Source: a virus. From it: a stretch of DNA of 64,000 bases. Shown here in pieces: positions 27,244-36,297 of this stretch; the first letter of the stretch is position 1, and each line of letters begins with the position of its first letter. Below the pieces are notes generated by a model. That model ran no database searches, was not told the origin of the DNA, and worked only from the letters and a program-made list of their open reading frames with translations. The stretch is taken from IMG/VR virus record IMGVR_UViG_3300028792_000004, positions 3,385 to 67,384 of that record, one strand, 5' to 3'. The translations under genes and the position numbers were made by a program.

Positions 27244-27969
27244 ATGCGTGATGCGAGGACCGTGGTGAGCAAGCTGCACGAGGTCGACCCTGGCTTCCGG
27301 GAGCTCTGCGACACCCTCTTCGGCGGTGCCGTCGACGTGGACCGCGTCTACGAGGCTGCCTACACCCGCGACGGGGTCTCGAAGATGTTCCCCGACGCCG
27401 CCGACCTGCACGCGCCCGGCACTGGCGGGCTGCGCGCCACCGGACGCCGCCGGCGCAAGCCGAAGGCGGCAGTCCACAAGGGCGAGGAGCGGGTGGGCGA
27501 GGAGGAGATCCTCGACGCCGGTGAGGTGCTGGACGAGATCGAGAAGGGCGCCGGCGTCGACGTCATCTTCCACACCGAGTTCGCCAAGATGGACACCGAC
27601 AAGCGCGAGGTCTTCGGCTGGGCCAGTGTCGTGGAGCTCAACGGCCAGCCGGTCGAGGACCGCCAGGGCGACATCATCACCCCCGAGGAGCTCGAGCGCG
27701 CGGCGTACTCCTACGTGCAGAAGTCCCGCGTCGGCGGCCGCCAGCACCAGCGCGAGGGCGACAGCCCCTTCCACGCCTCCGACATGATCGAGTCCCTGGT
27801 GCTGACCAAGGAGAAGGTCGAGAAGATGGGGCTCCCCGCGAGCACCCCGCTCGGCTGGTGGGTCGGCTACAAGGTGCACGACGACGACACCTGGTCGGCC
27901 ATCAAGAAGGGCGACCTCACCGGCTTCTCGATCCACGGCCGCGGCCGCCGGGTCCCGATCGAGGCCTGA
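27244..27969 (+). CDS. XkdF-type (S78-like) prohead serine protease domain
   Basis: KREVFGWA...D.QGD....ELERAAY...QH...MIES...GWWVG.KV.D...W..IKKG.LTGFSIHG; SD GAGGAGG. Confidence 0.8.
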   Translation: MRDARTVVSKLHEVDPGFRELCDTLFGGAVDVDRVYEAAYTRDGVSKMFPDAADLHAPGTGGLRATGRRRRKPKAAVHKGEERVGEEEILDAGEVLDEIEKGAGVDVIFHTEFAKMDTDKREVFGWASVVELNGQPVEDRQGDIITPEELERAAYSYVQKSRVGGRQHQREGDSPFHASDMIESLVLTKEKVEKMGLPASTPLGWWVGYKVHDDDTWSAIKKGDLTGFSIHGRGRRVPIEA

Positions 27970-29177
27970 TGGGCGCGCTCGTTCAGACTGATGACCGCCG
28001 CAAGCGCGCGGTCACGGCAGGCCTGAGTGGTGTCGGTGCTGCAGCTGGTGCGGGCGGGCTCGCACTCGCCGGCTCCAAGTTCGGTGCCGCGGCGCGCAAG
28101 GCGCCCAAGGGGATGCGCCTGAAGGCGGCGTACCGCTCGGAGAAGGGCGCCGCGCTGCTGCTCCCGCTGGAGGCCGCAGGGCTCGCTGGTGAGTTCTCCG
28201 CGACCAAGATCCTGCACTCCGACGCCAAGAAGAACCGCCCGGTGGTCCAGCTCAACAAGGCCACCTCGCTGCGCCCGAACTACTACTTCAACCCGGCGAC
28301 CGCCGAGCGGCAGGAGGGCAAGCGTCAGCGTCTCGCGACCGAGGCCCAGCACCAGGGCGCTCGAGCGACGGCACTGGGCTTCACCGCCGCCGGCGGGTCG
28401 GCGCTCGGCGCCCGGGCCACCACCAGCCGTCTGGCCCCGGCTGCGGCCGCGTCTGCGCACCGCGGCGCGATCGCCCGCGGCGTACCCCGCGAGCACGCTG
28501 ACCTGGCGCATGCGAAGTTCCACCAGGTCCGCACCTGGGCCAAGCCCCGCCGTGGACGACTGCTGGCTGGCGCGACGGCCGCTGCCGGTGCCACGGCTGC
28601 CGCTGGGGCGGTGGCGCGCTGGAAGCGCGACGAGACCACCGGCATCAGCCAGGACCTTGGCCGCTCCGCATCCGGCGCGCGCTACAGCCGCTACAAGGAC
28701 CAGGTGGGCAAGGCGCTGCCGCTCGCACTCGCGGCAGAGGGCATCACCCTTGGGGTGAAGGCCAGCCAGCGGATGACCCCGGCCCACGTCCGGCAGATCA
28801 AGCGGGTCGGCGCCGGCGTGGCCGGCGGCGCCCTGGTCGCCACCGGCGCCTACAGCACCGGCCGGGTCCGGGAGACCAAGCGCAACCGCCGGCTGGTCCG
28901 CGCTGCGCAGACGACGTCGAAGCAGCGCGGGCTCCGAGACGTCACCAAGGCCGAGGCCCACCTCGAGGACGTCGCCAAGAGCTCCTACCGGCGCCGTACG
29001 GTGCCTGACCCCGGTTCCGAGCTCGACGTCATCGCCGCAGCTGCGCTGCTGCTCGACTCCGAGCACGAGAAGAGCTGGCTGCCCTGGCGCCGGCGCAAGC
29101 AGATCCACGAGCAGCTGCAGGCGGCCATCGCGCGTGGCTACCTCAACGCTCCGTACACCGTGGGAGGTCCTCGATGA
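27969..29177 (+). CDS. basic modular head-region protein with glycine zippers
   Basis: TGATG coupling; LNK/A, VGK/A, VTK/A and VAK/S motifs. Confidence 0.65.
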   Translation: MGALVQTDDRRKRAVTAGLSGVGAAAGAGGLALAGSKFGAAARKAPKGMRLKAAYRSEKGAALLLPLEAAGLAGEFSATKILHSDAKKNRPVVQLNKATSLRPNYYFNPATAERQEGKRQRLATEAQHQGARATALGFTAAGGSALGARATTSRLAPAAAASAHRGAIARGVPREHADLAHAKFHQVRTWAKPRRGRLLAGATAAAGATAAAGAVARWKRDETTGISQDLGRSASGARYSRYKDQVGKALPLALAAEGITLGVKASQRMTPAHVRQIKRVGAGVAGGALVATGAYSTGRVRETKRNRRLVRAAQTTSKQRGLRDVTKAEAHLEDVAKSSYRRRTVPDPGSELDVIAAAALLLDSEHEKSWLPWRRRKQIHEQLQAAIARGYLNAPYTVGGPR

Positions 29178-29890
29178 CCGAGTTGGTGGAGTACCGCAAG
29201 GCACTGAGCACCAAGGCCCAAGTCGGGCTCGGAGTCGCTGGCGGGACTGCCGGCGTGGCAGCGCTCGCGGCATCTCCAGCCGGCCGTAAGCGCCGCAAGC
29301 TGGAGCAGTTCAGGGCGGAGTACCGCCGCTCGAGCCCGGAGCAGCAGGCGTTGACTCGGCAGCGGTTCACGGAGGCCTACTCGCGCAACCGGGCCCAGAC
29401 TCTGATGAGTCAGGCCATCCAGAAAGGAAGCACCATGTCGATCGAGTCCACCACGGACGTCTACGAGTCTGAGGGCCACGGCGACGGCCGCGGGCACAGC
29501 ATGCAGTCGGTCGAGAAGGCGATGATCCCCACGCCGCAGGGCGTGCTCGGCACGTACCTGGTGCCCGAGGAGATCTCCAAGCGCGCGCGCCGCTACGACC
29601 CAGAAGCCGACCGGCAGCGCCGGATGGGCCTCTACGCCGGCGCGGGCCTGGGCGGCGGTGCGGTGCTCGCCCGGGAGTCTGCCGACCGGCTCTCCAACTC
29701 GGTCGACCGGGAGCGGCGCACTGTCACGGTCCCCAAGATCAAGCTCAAGGGGCTGAAGGGCGCGGAGCTGAAGGCGGCCAAGCGCGGCCGCTCAGGGCTC
29801 GGCCTGGCGGCCCTGGCTGCCCTCTCCAGCGGCGGTGGGGTCGCGGCCTACCGGCACGGCATCTCGCGCCGGAACCAGCCCTACAACTGA
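29174..29890 (+). CDS. basic modular head-region protein with glycine zippers
   Basis: SD GGAGG; YRK/A, IQK/G, VEK/A and ISK/R motifs. Confidence 0.65.
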   Translation: MTELVEYRKALSTKAQVGLGVAGGTAGVAALAASPAGRKRRKLEQFRAEYRRSSPEQQALTRQRFTEAYSRNRAQTLMSQAIQKGSTMSIESTTDVYESEGHGDGRGHSMQSVEKAMIPTPQGVLGTYLVPEEISKRARRYDPEADRQRRMGLYAGAGLGGGAVLARESADRLSNSVDRERRTVTVPKIKLKGLKGAELKAAKRGRSGLGLAALAALSSGGGVAAYRHGISRRNQPYN

Positions 29891-29956
29891 TCTGGTGGAC
29901 GATCTTGCTCAACTTCGCGTGCCAACGGCCGATTCCGGCGTCAGGATGATCTTGAG

Positions 29957-31036
29957 ATGACCAGACGGACCATGCTCAGTGACTTGGAGATCGACGAGGT
30001 CTCCACTGTCGATCGACCCGCGAACCAGCACGGACTGATCACCTTCTCGAAGCGTTACGGCAGCATCGAGAAGAGCACCCATACCGAGGAGGACCTCATG
30101 TCGGCCGGAACAGCAGAGATCGAGGTGTTCGACGACGAGGGCACCCCAGTGGACCCCGACTCGCTCGAGCACGGTGCCCTGGTCTACGACGTCGATGGCA
30201 ACGAGTACGCCTACGTCGAGGACGAGGAGGACGACGACCAGGTCGGCAAGTCCCTCTTCTCCGACCCGGAGGGTGCGCTCAACGCGGCCCGGAAGGTCAC
30301 CCGCAACGGCCGCGCAGCTGCGGCGCGCGGTGCGGCCAACCGCAAGGCCGCGGGCGCAGTCGACAACGCCGCCCGCCGGGGCCGCGGAGCCAAGGACTAC
30401 ATGTACTCCTCGGGCGGCACGACCCGGGGCGCTGACGGCGTCTTCACCGCGGGCAACCGCGGTCTGACCCGCAACGGCCGCGTCGTCCTGACCACCGCCG
30501 GAGGTGCTGGTGCCGCCGGCGCCGCCGCTGGCTACGAGACGGCCAAGAAGTCGCTGGGTGACCACGTCCTCGAGGAACTCTCCAAGGCCGTGACCGAGGA
30601 CGACCGCGCCGACATCATCGCCAAGGCGCTCGACCAGGTCGAGATCGCCAAGTCCGAAGCCGCCCAGGTCCGCAAGGAGCTCGACGACGAGAGGGACCTG
30701 CGCCTGGAGACCGAGTTCATCTCCAAGGCCGACGAGTACAACCTCCCCGTCGACCCCTCCGAGTTCGGCCCGGTGCTCAAGCGCCTGGTCGAGCGGATGG
30801 ACGAGGACGACCTGGAGATCCTGGACCAGGTCTTCAAGTCGGCCGGCGACCTGCTCTACCAGGAGTACGGCCACGTCGGTGGCGGCTCCAACAGCTCGAT
30901 CATCGACAGCGTGGACGCGCTGGCCGGTGAGATGGTCACCAAGGCCGGAGGTGGCTTCACCACCGCCGAGGCCCAGGTGGCGCTGTTCGAGGCCAACCCC
31001 GAGGCGTACGACGCCTACATCCAGGAAGGACGCTGA
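29957..31036 (+). CDS. scaffolding protein with an N-terminal protease-like strand (LEIDEVSTVDRPAN)
   Basis: Upstream of decoration and capsid genes; acidic helical C-terminus ending PEAYDAYIQEGR; many hydrophobic-x-K/[AS] motifs. Confidence 0.7.
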   Translation: MTRRTMLSDLEIDEVSTVDRPANQHGLITFSKRYGSIEKSTHTEEDLMSAGTAEIEVFDDEGTPVDPDSLEHGALVYDVDGNEYAYVEDEEDDDQVGKSLFSDPEGALNAARKVTRNGRAAAARGAANRKAAGAVDNAARRGRGAKDYMYSSGGTTRGADGVFTAGNRGLTRNGRVVLTTAGGAGAAGAAAGYETAKKSLGDHVLEELSKAVTEDDRADIIAKALDQVEIAKSEAAQVRKELDDERDLRLETEFISKADEYNLPVDPSEFGPVLKRLVERMDEDDLEILDQVFKSAGDLLYQEYGHVGGGSNSSIIDSVDALAGEMVTKAGGGFTTAEAQVALFEANPEAYDAYIQEGR

Positions 31037-31039
31037 CCC

Positions 31040-31459
31040 ATGGCGTACGAGGAGACTCTCAGGAACATCAGCCTCGACGCTGACGCGTCGCTGGCTGCGC
31101 AGACGGGCATCTCGGGCACGCCCGGTGCGGCCAGTCCGCACTACGGCCCGGCCCTGTTCCGCTTCGTCAAGGTCACCGGAGCGCACGCCTGTGGCCGCGC
31201 TGCGGCCCAGACGGACGACGTGATCGGGGTGTGCCAGAACAAGCCCCAGGTCGTCGGAGGCGCCACGACCGTGGCGATCGCCGGTGTGACGATGCTCATG
31301 GCGGGTGCGGCAGTCGCCGCGACCGACAAGATCTCGTCGGACAACCAGGGCCGCGGGGTCCCGCTCGGTGGAGCGGGTGCCGGTGCGGTCCAGTTCGGGG
31401 TTGCGGTCGATGCCGCGGCTGCTGCCGGACACCTCTTCCCGATGCTGATCAAGGTCTGA
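31040..31459 (+). CDS. capsid decoration / cement protein (DUF2190-like)
   Basis: FRFVK...IGV.QNKP...TVAIAG...AG.AVAA.D.I.SD.QGR; lies between scaffold and capsid. Confidence 0.75.
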   Translation: MAYEETLRNISLDADASLAAQTGISGTPGAASPHYGPALFRFVKVTGAHACGRAAAQTDDVIGVCQNKPQVVGGATTVAIAGVTMLMAGAAVAATDKISSDNQGRGVPLGGAGAGAVQFGVAVDAAAAAGHLFPMLIKV

Positions 31460-31474
31460 AGGAGATCCTGAGCC

Positions 31475-32467
31475 ATGCCGCTTCCCACACAGAGTGACCT
31501 CCACGTCAACGTCCCGCTGACGAACGTCTCGGTCGCCTACATGCAGAAGGCCGGCGACTACATCGCCAGCAAGGTCTTCCCCAAGGTGCCCGTCACCAAG
31601 CAGTCGGACCTCTACTGGAAGTACTCCAAGTCCGACTGGCGTCGGACCGAGGTCAAGCGCCGTGCGCCTGCCACGGAGTCGCCCGGGGTCGGCTGGAGCC
31701 AGACGACCGACAACTACTACTGCCACCCGTACGCGGTCCACAAGGACATCGACGACCAGGTGCGCGCGAACTCGGACTCGAACTTCAAGCTCGACAAGGA
31801 GTCCACCGAGTTCATCACCAACCAGCTCCTGCTCAAGCGGGACCTGGACTGGAACGCCACCTACTTCAAGTCCGGCGTCTGGGACGTCGACCTGGTCGGT
31901 GGCACGGACTTCACGAAGTTCGACGACGCGGCCTCGGACCCGATCAGCTTCATGGCGCAACGGATCATCCAGTTCCGCAAGCGCAACGGCTTCAAGCCGA
32001 ACAAGCTGGTCCTGGGTGCCAACGTGATGGTGGGGCTGAAGAACCACCCCGACATCATCGACCGGATCAAGTACACCCAGCGGGGCATCGTCACCGAGGA
32101 CCTGATCGCGACCCTCTTCGACATCGACGACATCTACACGTCGTATGCCACGCTGTCGGACGGCCCGCAGATCCCGGACGCGCAGCTGCAGGACGCAGCT
32201 GCGACGTACGACTTCATCACGGACCCGAACGGCATGCTGATGCTGTACGCGCCCGCGAGCCCGTCGCTGCAGACCCCGAGCGCCGGCTACACCTTCACCT
32301 GGGACGGCTACGTCAACTCCGGCGGCAACGGCATCCGCATCAAGCGGTTCCGCCAGGAGCAGATCGAGTCCGACCGCGTGGAGGGGTCGATGACCTACGA
32401 CATGAAGGTCGTCAGCCCGGACTGCGGCGAGTACTTCAGCGACGTCGTCGCCGCCATCGCGGACTGA
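31475..32467 (+). CDS. major capsid protein (lambda gpE-like)
   Basis: PLTNVSVAY.Q...YIA.KVFP.VPV.KQSD.Y.KY.K N-terminus; 330 aa; SD AAGGAG. Confidence 0.9.
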   Translation: MPLPTQSDLHVNVPLTNVSVAYMQKAGDYIASKVFPKVPVTKQSDLYWKYSKSDWRRTEVKRRAPATESPGVGWSQTTDNYYCHPYAVHKDIDDQVRANSDSNFKLDKESTEFITNQLLLKRDLDWNATYFKSGVWDVDLVGGTDFTKFDDAASDPISFMAQRIIQFRKRNGFKPNKLVLGANVMVGLKNHPDIIDRIKYTQRGIVTEDLIATLFDIDDIYTSYATLSDGPQIPDAQLQDAAATYDFITDPNGMLMLYAPASPSLQTPSAGYTFTWDGYVNSGGNGIRIKRFRQEQIESDRVEGSMTYDMKVVSPDCGEYFSDVVAAIAD

Positions 32468-32473
32468 TCCGCG

Positions 32474-32719
32474 ATGGCTCGCACGTTGACGGGCTCGCTG
32501 CAGCACCTGGTCGTCGCCCGGCCGGTCAAGCTCAACGGCGTGCTCGTCGCGGTCGGGACGGTGCTCACCAAGGGCTCTGCTCGGCTGGCCGGTGCGCGGA
32601 TCAGCTCGCTGATCTCGCGCGGGTACCTCCGGGTGCCCGGCCAGTTGCCGCTGCGGTCCAATCGTGACTTCCGGGCCTTCCACCTCAGCCCAAGCGACAT
32701 CAGGAAGATGGACGCATGA
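32474..32719 (+). CDS. small head-associated protein
   Basis: Position after the capsid gene; SLISRGYL motif. Confidence 0.55.
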   Translation: MARTLTGSLQHLVVARPVKLNGVLVAVGTVLTKGSARLAGARISSLISRGYLRVPGQLPLRSNRDFRAFHLSPSDIRKMDA

Positions 32720-33039
32720 GCACGAAGCCTCGCGCCCCTCGCGGCCCTCGCGCTCCGGTGACTCGGGAGACCCCCGAGCTGCCGGAGGGCGAGGCGTCTG
32801 CGCCCACCCTGGTGGTCGAGGAGCACGGCGACATCGAGGTCTCGGACGGCGCCTCTGCGCCGGCCGGGGGCGTCCCGGCGGTCTCCCTGGATGAGCCCTA
32901 CGACGGCCGCTGGATGGTGTGCCGCAAGCCGTTCAAGCTCAACGGGAAGAAGTACGTCGCCGGTGACGAGGTCCCAGTCGACTTGATCCCGCGACCCGAG
33001 TCGTGGGTCAGGACAGGGTTCCTGCGGGAAGCATCATGA
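32716..33039 (+). CDS. small head-associated protein
   Basis: ATGA coupling; C-terminal VCRKPF...Y..GDEVP...WVRTGFL. Confidence 0.6.
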   Translation: MSTKPRAPRGPRAPVTRETPELPEGEASAPTLVVEEHGDIEVSDGASAPAGGVPAVSLDEPYDGRWMVCRKPFKLNGKKYVAGDEVPVDLIPRPESWVRTGFLREAS

Positions 33040-33761
33040 CCGGCCGCCTTGTGCCGGTCATCAAGGCGTCGAAGCAGGACGGGAACTACGTCAAGGCCGG
33101 CGAGAACGACCGCTGGATCCGCTCCCGCGGCGAGCGTCACGCCACCCTGCGTGGCATGGCCCCGGGCATCGGCATGAGTGTCGGCGGCTTGGTCGCCTAC
33201 TCCGGTGGCGTCGCCACGGGGAACAGGAAGCTCAGCCGCACTGGCATCGGGACGCTGGCCGCCGGCACCGTCGCAGAACACGTGGGTGGCCACCGCGCTG
33301 CCAACAAGTGGCGGCGCAAGCAGGGCATCGGTGAGCGCAACTACTGGTCCGGCAAGGCCCGCGAGGTGGGCAAGGCCTCTCCCTCCAGGACCCGCAAGCG
33401 TCGCCAGGAGCGCCGTGAGGGCTCTGCGAAGCCCACGGCGGGCCCGGACCCCCAGCTGCTCGCCGGACAGGCTCAGCGCGACCTGCGCGCCCTCGAGGCG
33501 GCCGAGGCCGGGCACGACCACCCCGCGTTCAAGCGGCCCAAGACCCCGGTGACCGCCATTCCGCCTCCCGCAGCGGTCAACCATGCGACCACGCCGGCGT
33601 CAGCCGCGCGCGGTCTGGCCTCGCGCCGGTTGAAGGTCGGCGGTGGCGTCGCTGCCGGCGTCGGTGCTGCCACGGCCGGCGGCGTGCTGCTCGACCGCAA
33701 GCTCAAGCAGCGCAAGCGCGCGCTCCAGGGCGTCACCGGCAAGGCCCGCAACCAGCGATAG
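33036..33761 (+). CDS. basic modular head-region protein with glycine zippers
   Basis: VIK/A and VGK/A motifs; GVAAGVGAATAGG helix followed by a basic tail. Confidence 0.65.
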   Translation: MTGRLVPVIKASKQDGNYVKAGENDRWIRSRGERHATLRGMAPGIGMSVGGLVAYSGGVATGNRKLSRTGIGTLAAGTVAEHVGGHRAANKWRRKQGIGERNYWSGKAREVGKASPSRTRKRRQERREGSAKPTAGPDPQLLAGQAQRDLRALEAAEAGHDHPAFKRPKTPVTAIPPPAAVNHATTPASAARGLASRRLKVGGGVAAGVGAATAGGVLLDRKLKQRKRALQGVTGKARNQR

Positions 33762-33771
33762 GAGGCAGGCC

Positions 33772-34086
33772 ATGAGCCACCAGACCTACCTCATCGCCAA
33801 GGCGCAGCGCGGGCTCGAGGGCTTCGCCAAGTCCCTCATGCCCGGCGGAGTGCCCAAGCGCGCTGTCGAGCTCAGCGCCCAGGAGCGCCGGGGGATGCGG
33901 ATGCGCCTCGAGCGCCAGGCCCGGGTGCGCGAAGGCACCCTGCCGGGGCTGGGGCGCACTTCGGGGGTCGGCACCGCCCGGGGTTCGCGCACGCCGTACT
34001 TCGCCGAGCAGAACCGTAAGGTGGTCCGGCGTGAGAAGCGGATCGCTGAGGGCGAGAAGGTCTCACCAGTGCGGAGGCGACCATGA
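33772..34086 (+). CDS. small basic head-region protein
   Basis: SD GGAGG; IAK/A and FAK/S motifs. Confidence 0.6.
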   Translation: MSHQTYLIAKAQRGLEGFAKSLMPGGVPKRAVELSAQERRGMRMRLERQARVREGTLPGLGRTSGVGTARGSRTPYFAEQNRKVVRREKRIAEGEKVSPVRRRP

Positions 34087-34553
34087 CCTGGACCTACTCC
34101 AGCGACCCGGCGACCAGCGACCTGGACGCCGTCCGGTTCCTGCTCCAGGACGTCGAGGAGCAGGAGGCATTCCTGACAAACGAGGAGATCCAGTACCTGC
34201 TGGACACCTACCTCGACCGCTGGAACTCGACCACGGCCGTCGCAGCGATGGCAGCCGAGGTGCTCTCCAACCGGTTCGCCCGGGAGATCTCGGTCTCCGG
34301 TGACGGCGTCTCGATCGACACCGCCGCGCTGCAGCAGCGCTTCGCCGACGTGGCCTCCTCGCTGCGCGAGCTCTATAAGGCCGAGGGCGCCACCGAGACC
34401 TTCCTCGAGGACTTCTCCGGCGTGCTCGCCCACGGCTTCGACGACTCCCTGGCGCCGCTGAACTTCGGGCTGGGGATGCACGACAACATCGAGGTGGGCG
34501 ACCAGGCCGACGGCCGGCCGCAGCGCTACCAGAGCCCGCTCGAGCTGTTCTGA
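34083..34553 (+). CDS. head-to-tail adaptor
   Basis: MTWTY...D.VRFL.QD......L..EEI.YLL motif; synteny. Confidence 0.75.
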   Translation: MTWTYSSDPATSDLDAVRFLLQDVEEQEAFLTNEEIQYLLDTYLDRWNSTTAVAAMAAEVLSNRFAREISVSGDGVSIDTAALQQRFADVASSLRELYKAEGATETFLEDFSGVLAHGFDDSLAPLNFGLGMHDNIEVGDQADGRPQRYQSPLELF

Positions 34554-35035
34554 TGCGCGCCGTACGCCGCCTGGGGCAGCCCTCGCCCCTGGTGATGAAG
34601 ATGGCCCGCCGCCAGATCGTGGACCGGATGCCCGGCTTCGTCCGGATCGAGCGGCGCAGGGGCGAGCCCACGATGGCCCCGGACACCCTGGACCTCTCCT
34701 ACGAGAACGACGTCGTCTACGAGGGTCGCGCCCGGCTGGCGCTGGAGTCGGCCGGCCCGGTCCAGGACACCGACGAGCTGATCTTCGAGGTCTCCGGCCA
34801 GGTGGTGGTGCCCTACGCGATCGGGGACCAGGTGATCCGGCCGATGGCCGAGGACGTGATCAGCGTGATCGGCCACGTCGACGAGCTCTTCGTCGGCGCA
34901 GTGCTGCGCATCACCGGGGTCTCCCGGGCCGGGCACCTGCCGCTGCAGCGCGAGTTGACCGTGGACGGGATGGCGCCGGCGAAGAACTGGTCGGACACCA
35001 CGGTGACCCCGGTCATCGAGACGGACGGCCCCTGA
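34553..35035 (+). CDS. head-to-tail stopper (DUF6093-like)
   Basis: VYEGRAR motif; synteny. Confidence 0.65.
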   Translation: MRAVRRLGQPSPLVMKMARRQIVDRMPGFVRIERRRGEPTMAPDTLDLSYENDVVYEGRARLALESAGPVQDTDELIFEVSGQVVVPYAIGDQVIRPMAEDVISVIGHVDELFVGAVLRITGVSRAGHLPLQRELTVDGMAPAKNWSDTTVTPVIETDGP

Positions 35036-35274
35036 TGCCCGACCACCACCAGGCGGTCGCGGACCTGACCAGGCGCGTCGAGCGGACCAGCTCCCTGAAG
35101 GCACGCGCGGGGAGCGACATCGCTGCCGCGGTGCAGGGGCACCGCGGAGACAGTACGGTGAGTGTGGCCGCCTCGGGCAGTGGGGCACAGGTCACCATCA
35201 GTGGCCCCGACGCCGCTGAGCACCGCGCTGAGGTGCACCAGGCGGCCGTAGCCGCGCTCAAGAAGGAGCGGTAG
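35035..35274 (+). CDS. small neck / tail-completion protein
   Basis: Synteny; TGATG coupling. Confidence 0.5.
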   Translation: MPDHHQAVADLTRRVERTSSLKARAGSDIAAAVQGHRGDSTVSVAASGSGAQVTISGPDAAEHRAEVHQAAVAALKKER

Positions 35275-35721
35275 ATGTTCGACCTCCAGGCACTCACGGT
35301 CGTGCTCCAGACGACGCTGGCCGATGACCGCTACCTCGTCGGGATCGGCGAGGCCCCCAAGGCCGGCGGCTGGTCCGGGGGTACGCCGGGCGAGGGCGTC
35401 TACAAGCCCTACCTGGTGCTGCTGCACGCCGGGTCCACCCCGATCTTCAGCCCCACGATCAGCGGCCATGAGCGCGACTGGCAGGTCAACTTCACCGTCC
35501 GCGCCTCCGCGGCCTCCTACGCCCAGCTGAACGGCCTGGGCAGCCGCTGGCGGGCGCACATCGAGGACTGGGTCCGCGACGAGCCGTCCTTCGGCTCGCC
35601 GGCCTGGGGCATCGGCAACCTGACCTGGAACGCGCTGGGCCCGGCCGAGCCCAACCGATCGACCTCACCCACCACGTGGAGGCAGCAGGACTCCGTGGGC
35701 TTCATCGTCACGAAGCCGTAG
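35275..35721 (+). CDS. tail terminator
   Basis: Precedes the major tail gene; PYLVL...QV.FTV pattern. Confidence 0.65.
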   Translation: MFDLQALTVVLQTTLADDRYLVGIGEAPKAGGWSGGTPGEGVYKPYLVLLHAGSTPIFSPTISGHERDWQVNFTVRASAASYAQLNGLGSRWRAHIEDWVRDEPSFGSPAWGIGNLTWNALGPAEPNRSTSPTTWRQQDSVGFIVTKP

Positions 35722-35794
35722 GTGGTCAGTCCCATCCGCACTACCATCGAAATCGGAACGGCCCACAGGGCCACCGCAGACACGAGGAGGACCC

Positions 35795-36289
35795 GTGGGT
35801 CGCATCATTCCCAACGAGGAGAGCTGGATCGCCTTCAGTGAGGTGATGCCAGCGAACCTGGCGGCACCGACCGAGGCCGAGCTCTCCGCCGTGGACGTCC
35901 ACAACTGGACCAAGCAGATCGTCTCGCTGAACGCCTCGAGCTCGGGCAACACCGTGCCGACCCCGGACATCGGCACGATGTTCGAGACCTCGGTGCCCGG
36001 CACCAGCTCGGCGCAGTTCACGCTCGACGTGTACCGCGACGACGACCCGACCAAGGACCTGCCCTTCAAGACCCTGAAGCGCGGCGTCAAGGGCGTCTTC
36101 TACATCTCCCGCTTCGGCGGCACCGGCCCCTCCAAGCGGCCTGCGGCCGCCGAGGACCTCGAGGTGTGGCCCGTCCAGGTGACCAGCCGCGGCTCCTCGG
36201 CGCTGGCCTCCAACACCGCGCAGATGGCGACCATCACCTGCTCGGTTCCGGAGGAGCCGCAGGAGGACGCGGTCGTAGCCGGCCCGTAG
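35795..36289 (+). CDS. major tail (tube) protein
   Basis: PT.AEL......W...I........N.VPTPD...FETSVPG; SD GAGGAGG. Confidence 0.8.
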   Translation: MGRIIPNEESWIAFSEVMPANLAAPTEAELSAVDVHNWTKQIVSLNASSSGNTVPTPDIGTMFETSVPGTSSAQFTLDVYRDDDPTKDLPFKTLKRGVKGVFYISRFGGTGPSKRPAAAEDLEVWPVQVTSRGSSALASNTAQMATITCSVPEEPQEDAVVAGP

Positions 36290-36297
36290 TCCGTGAA

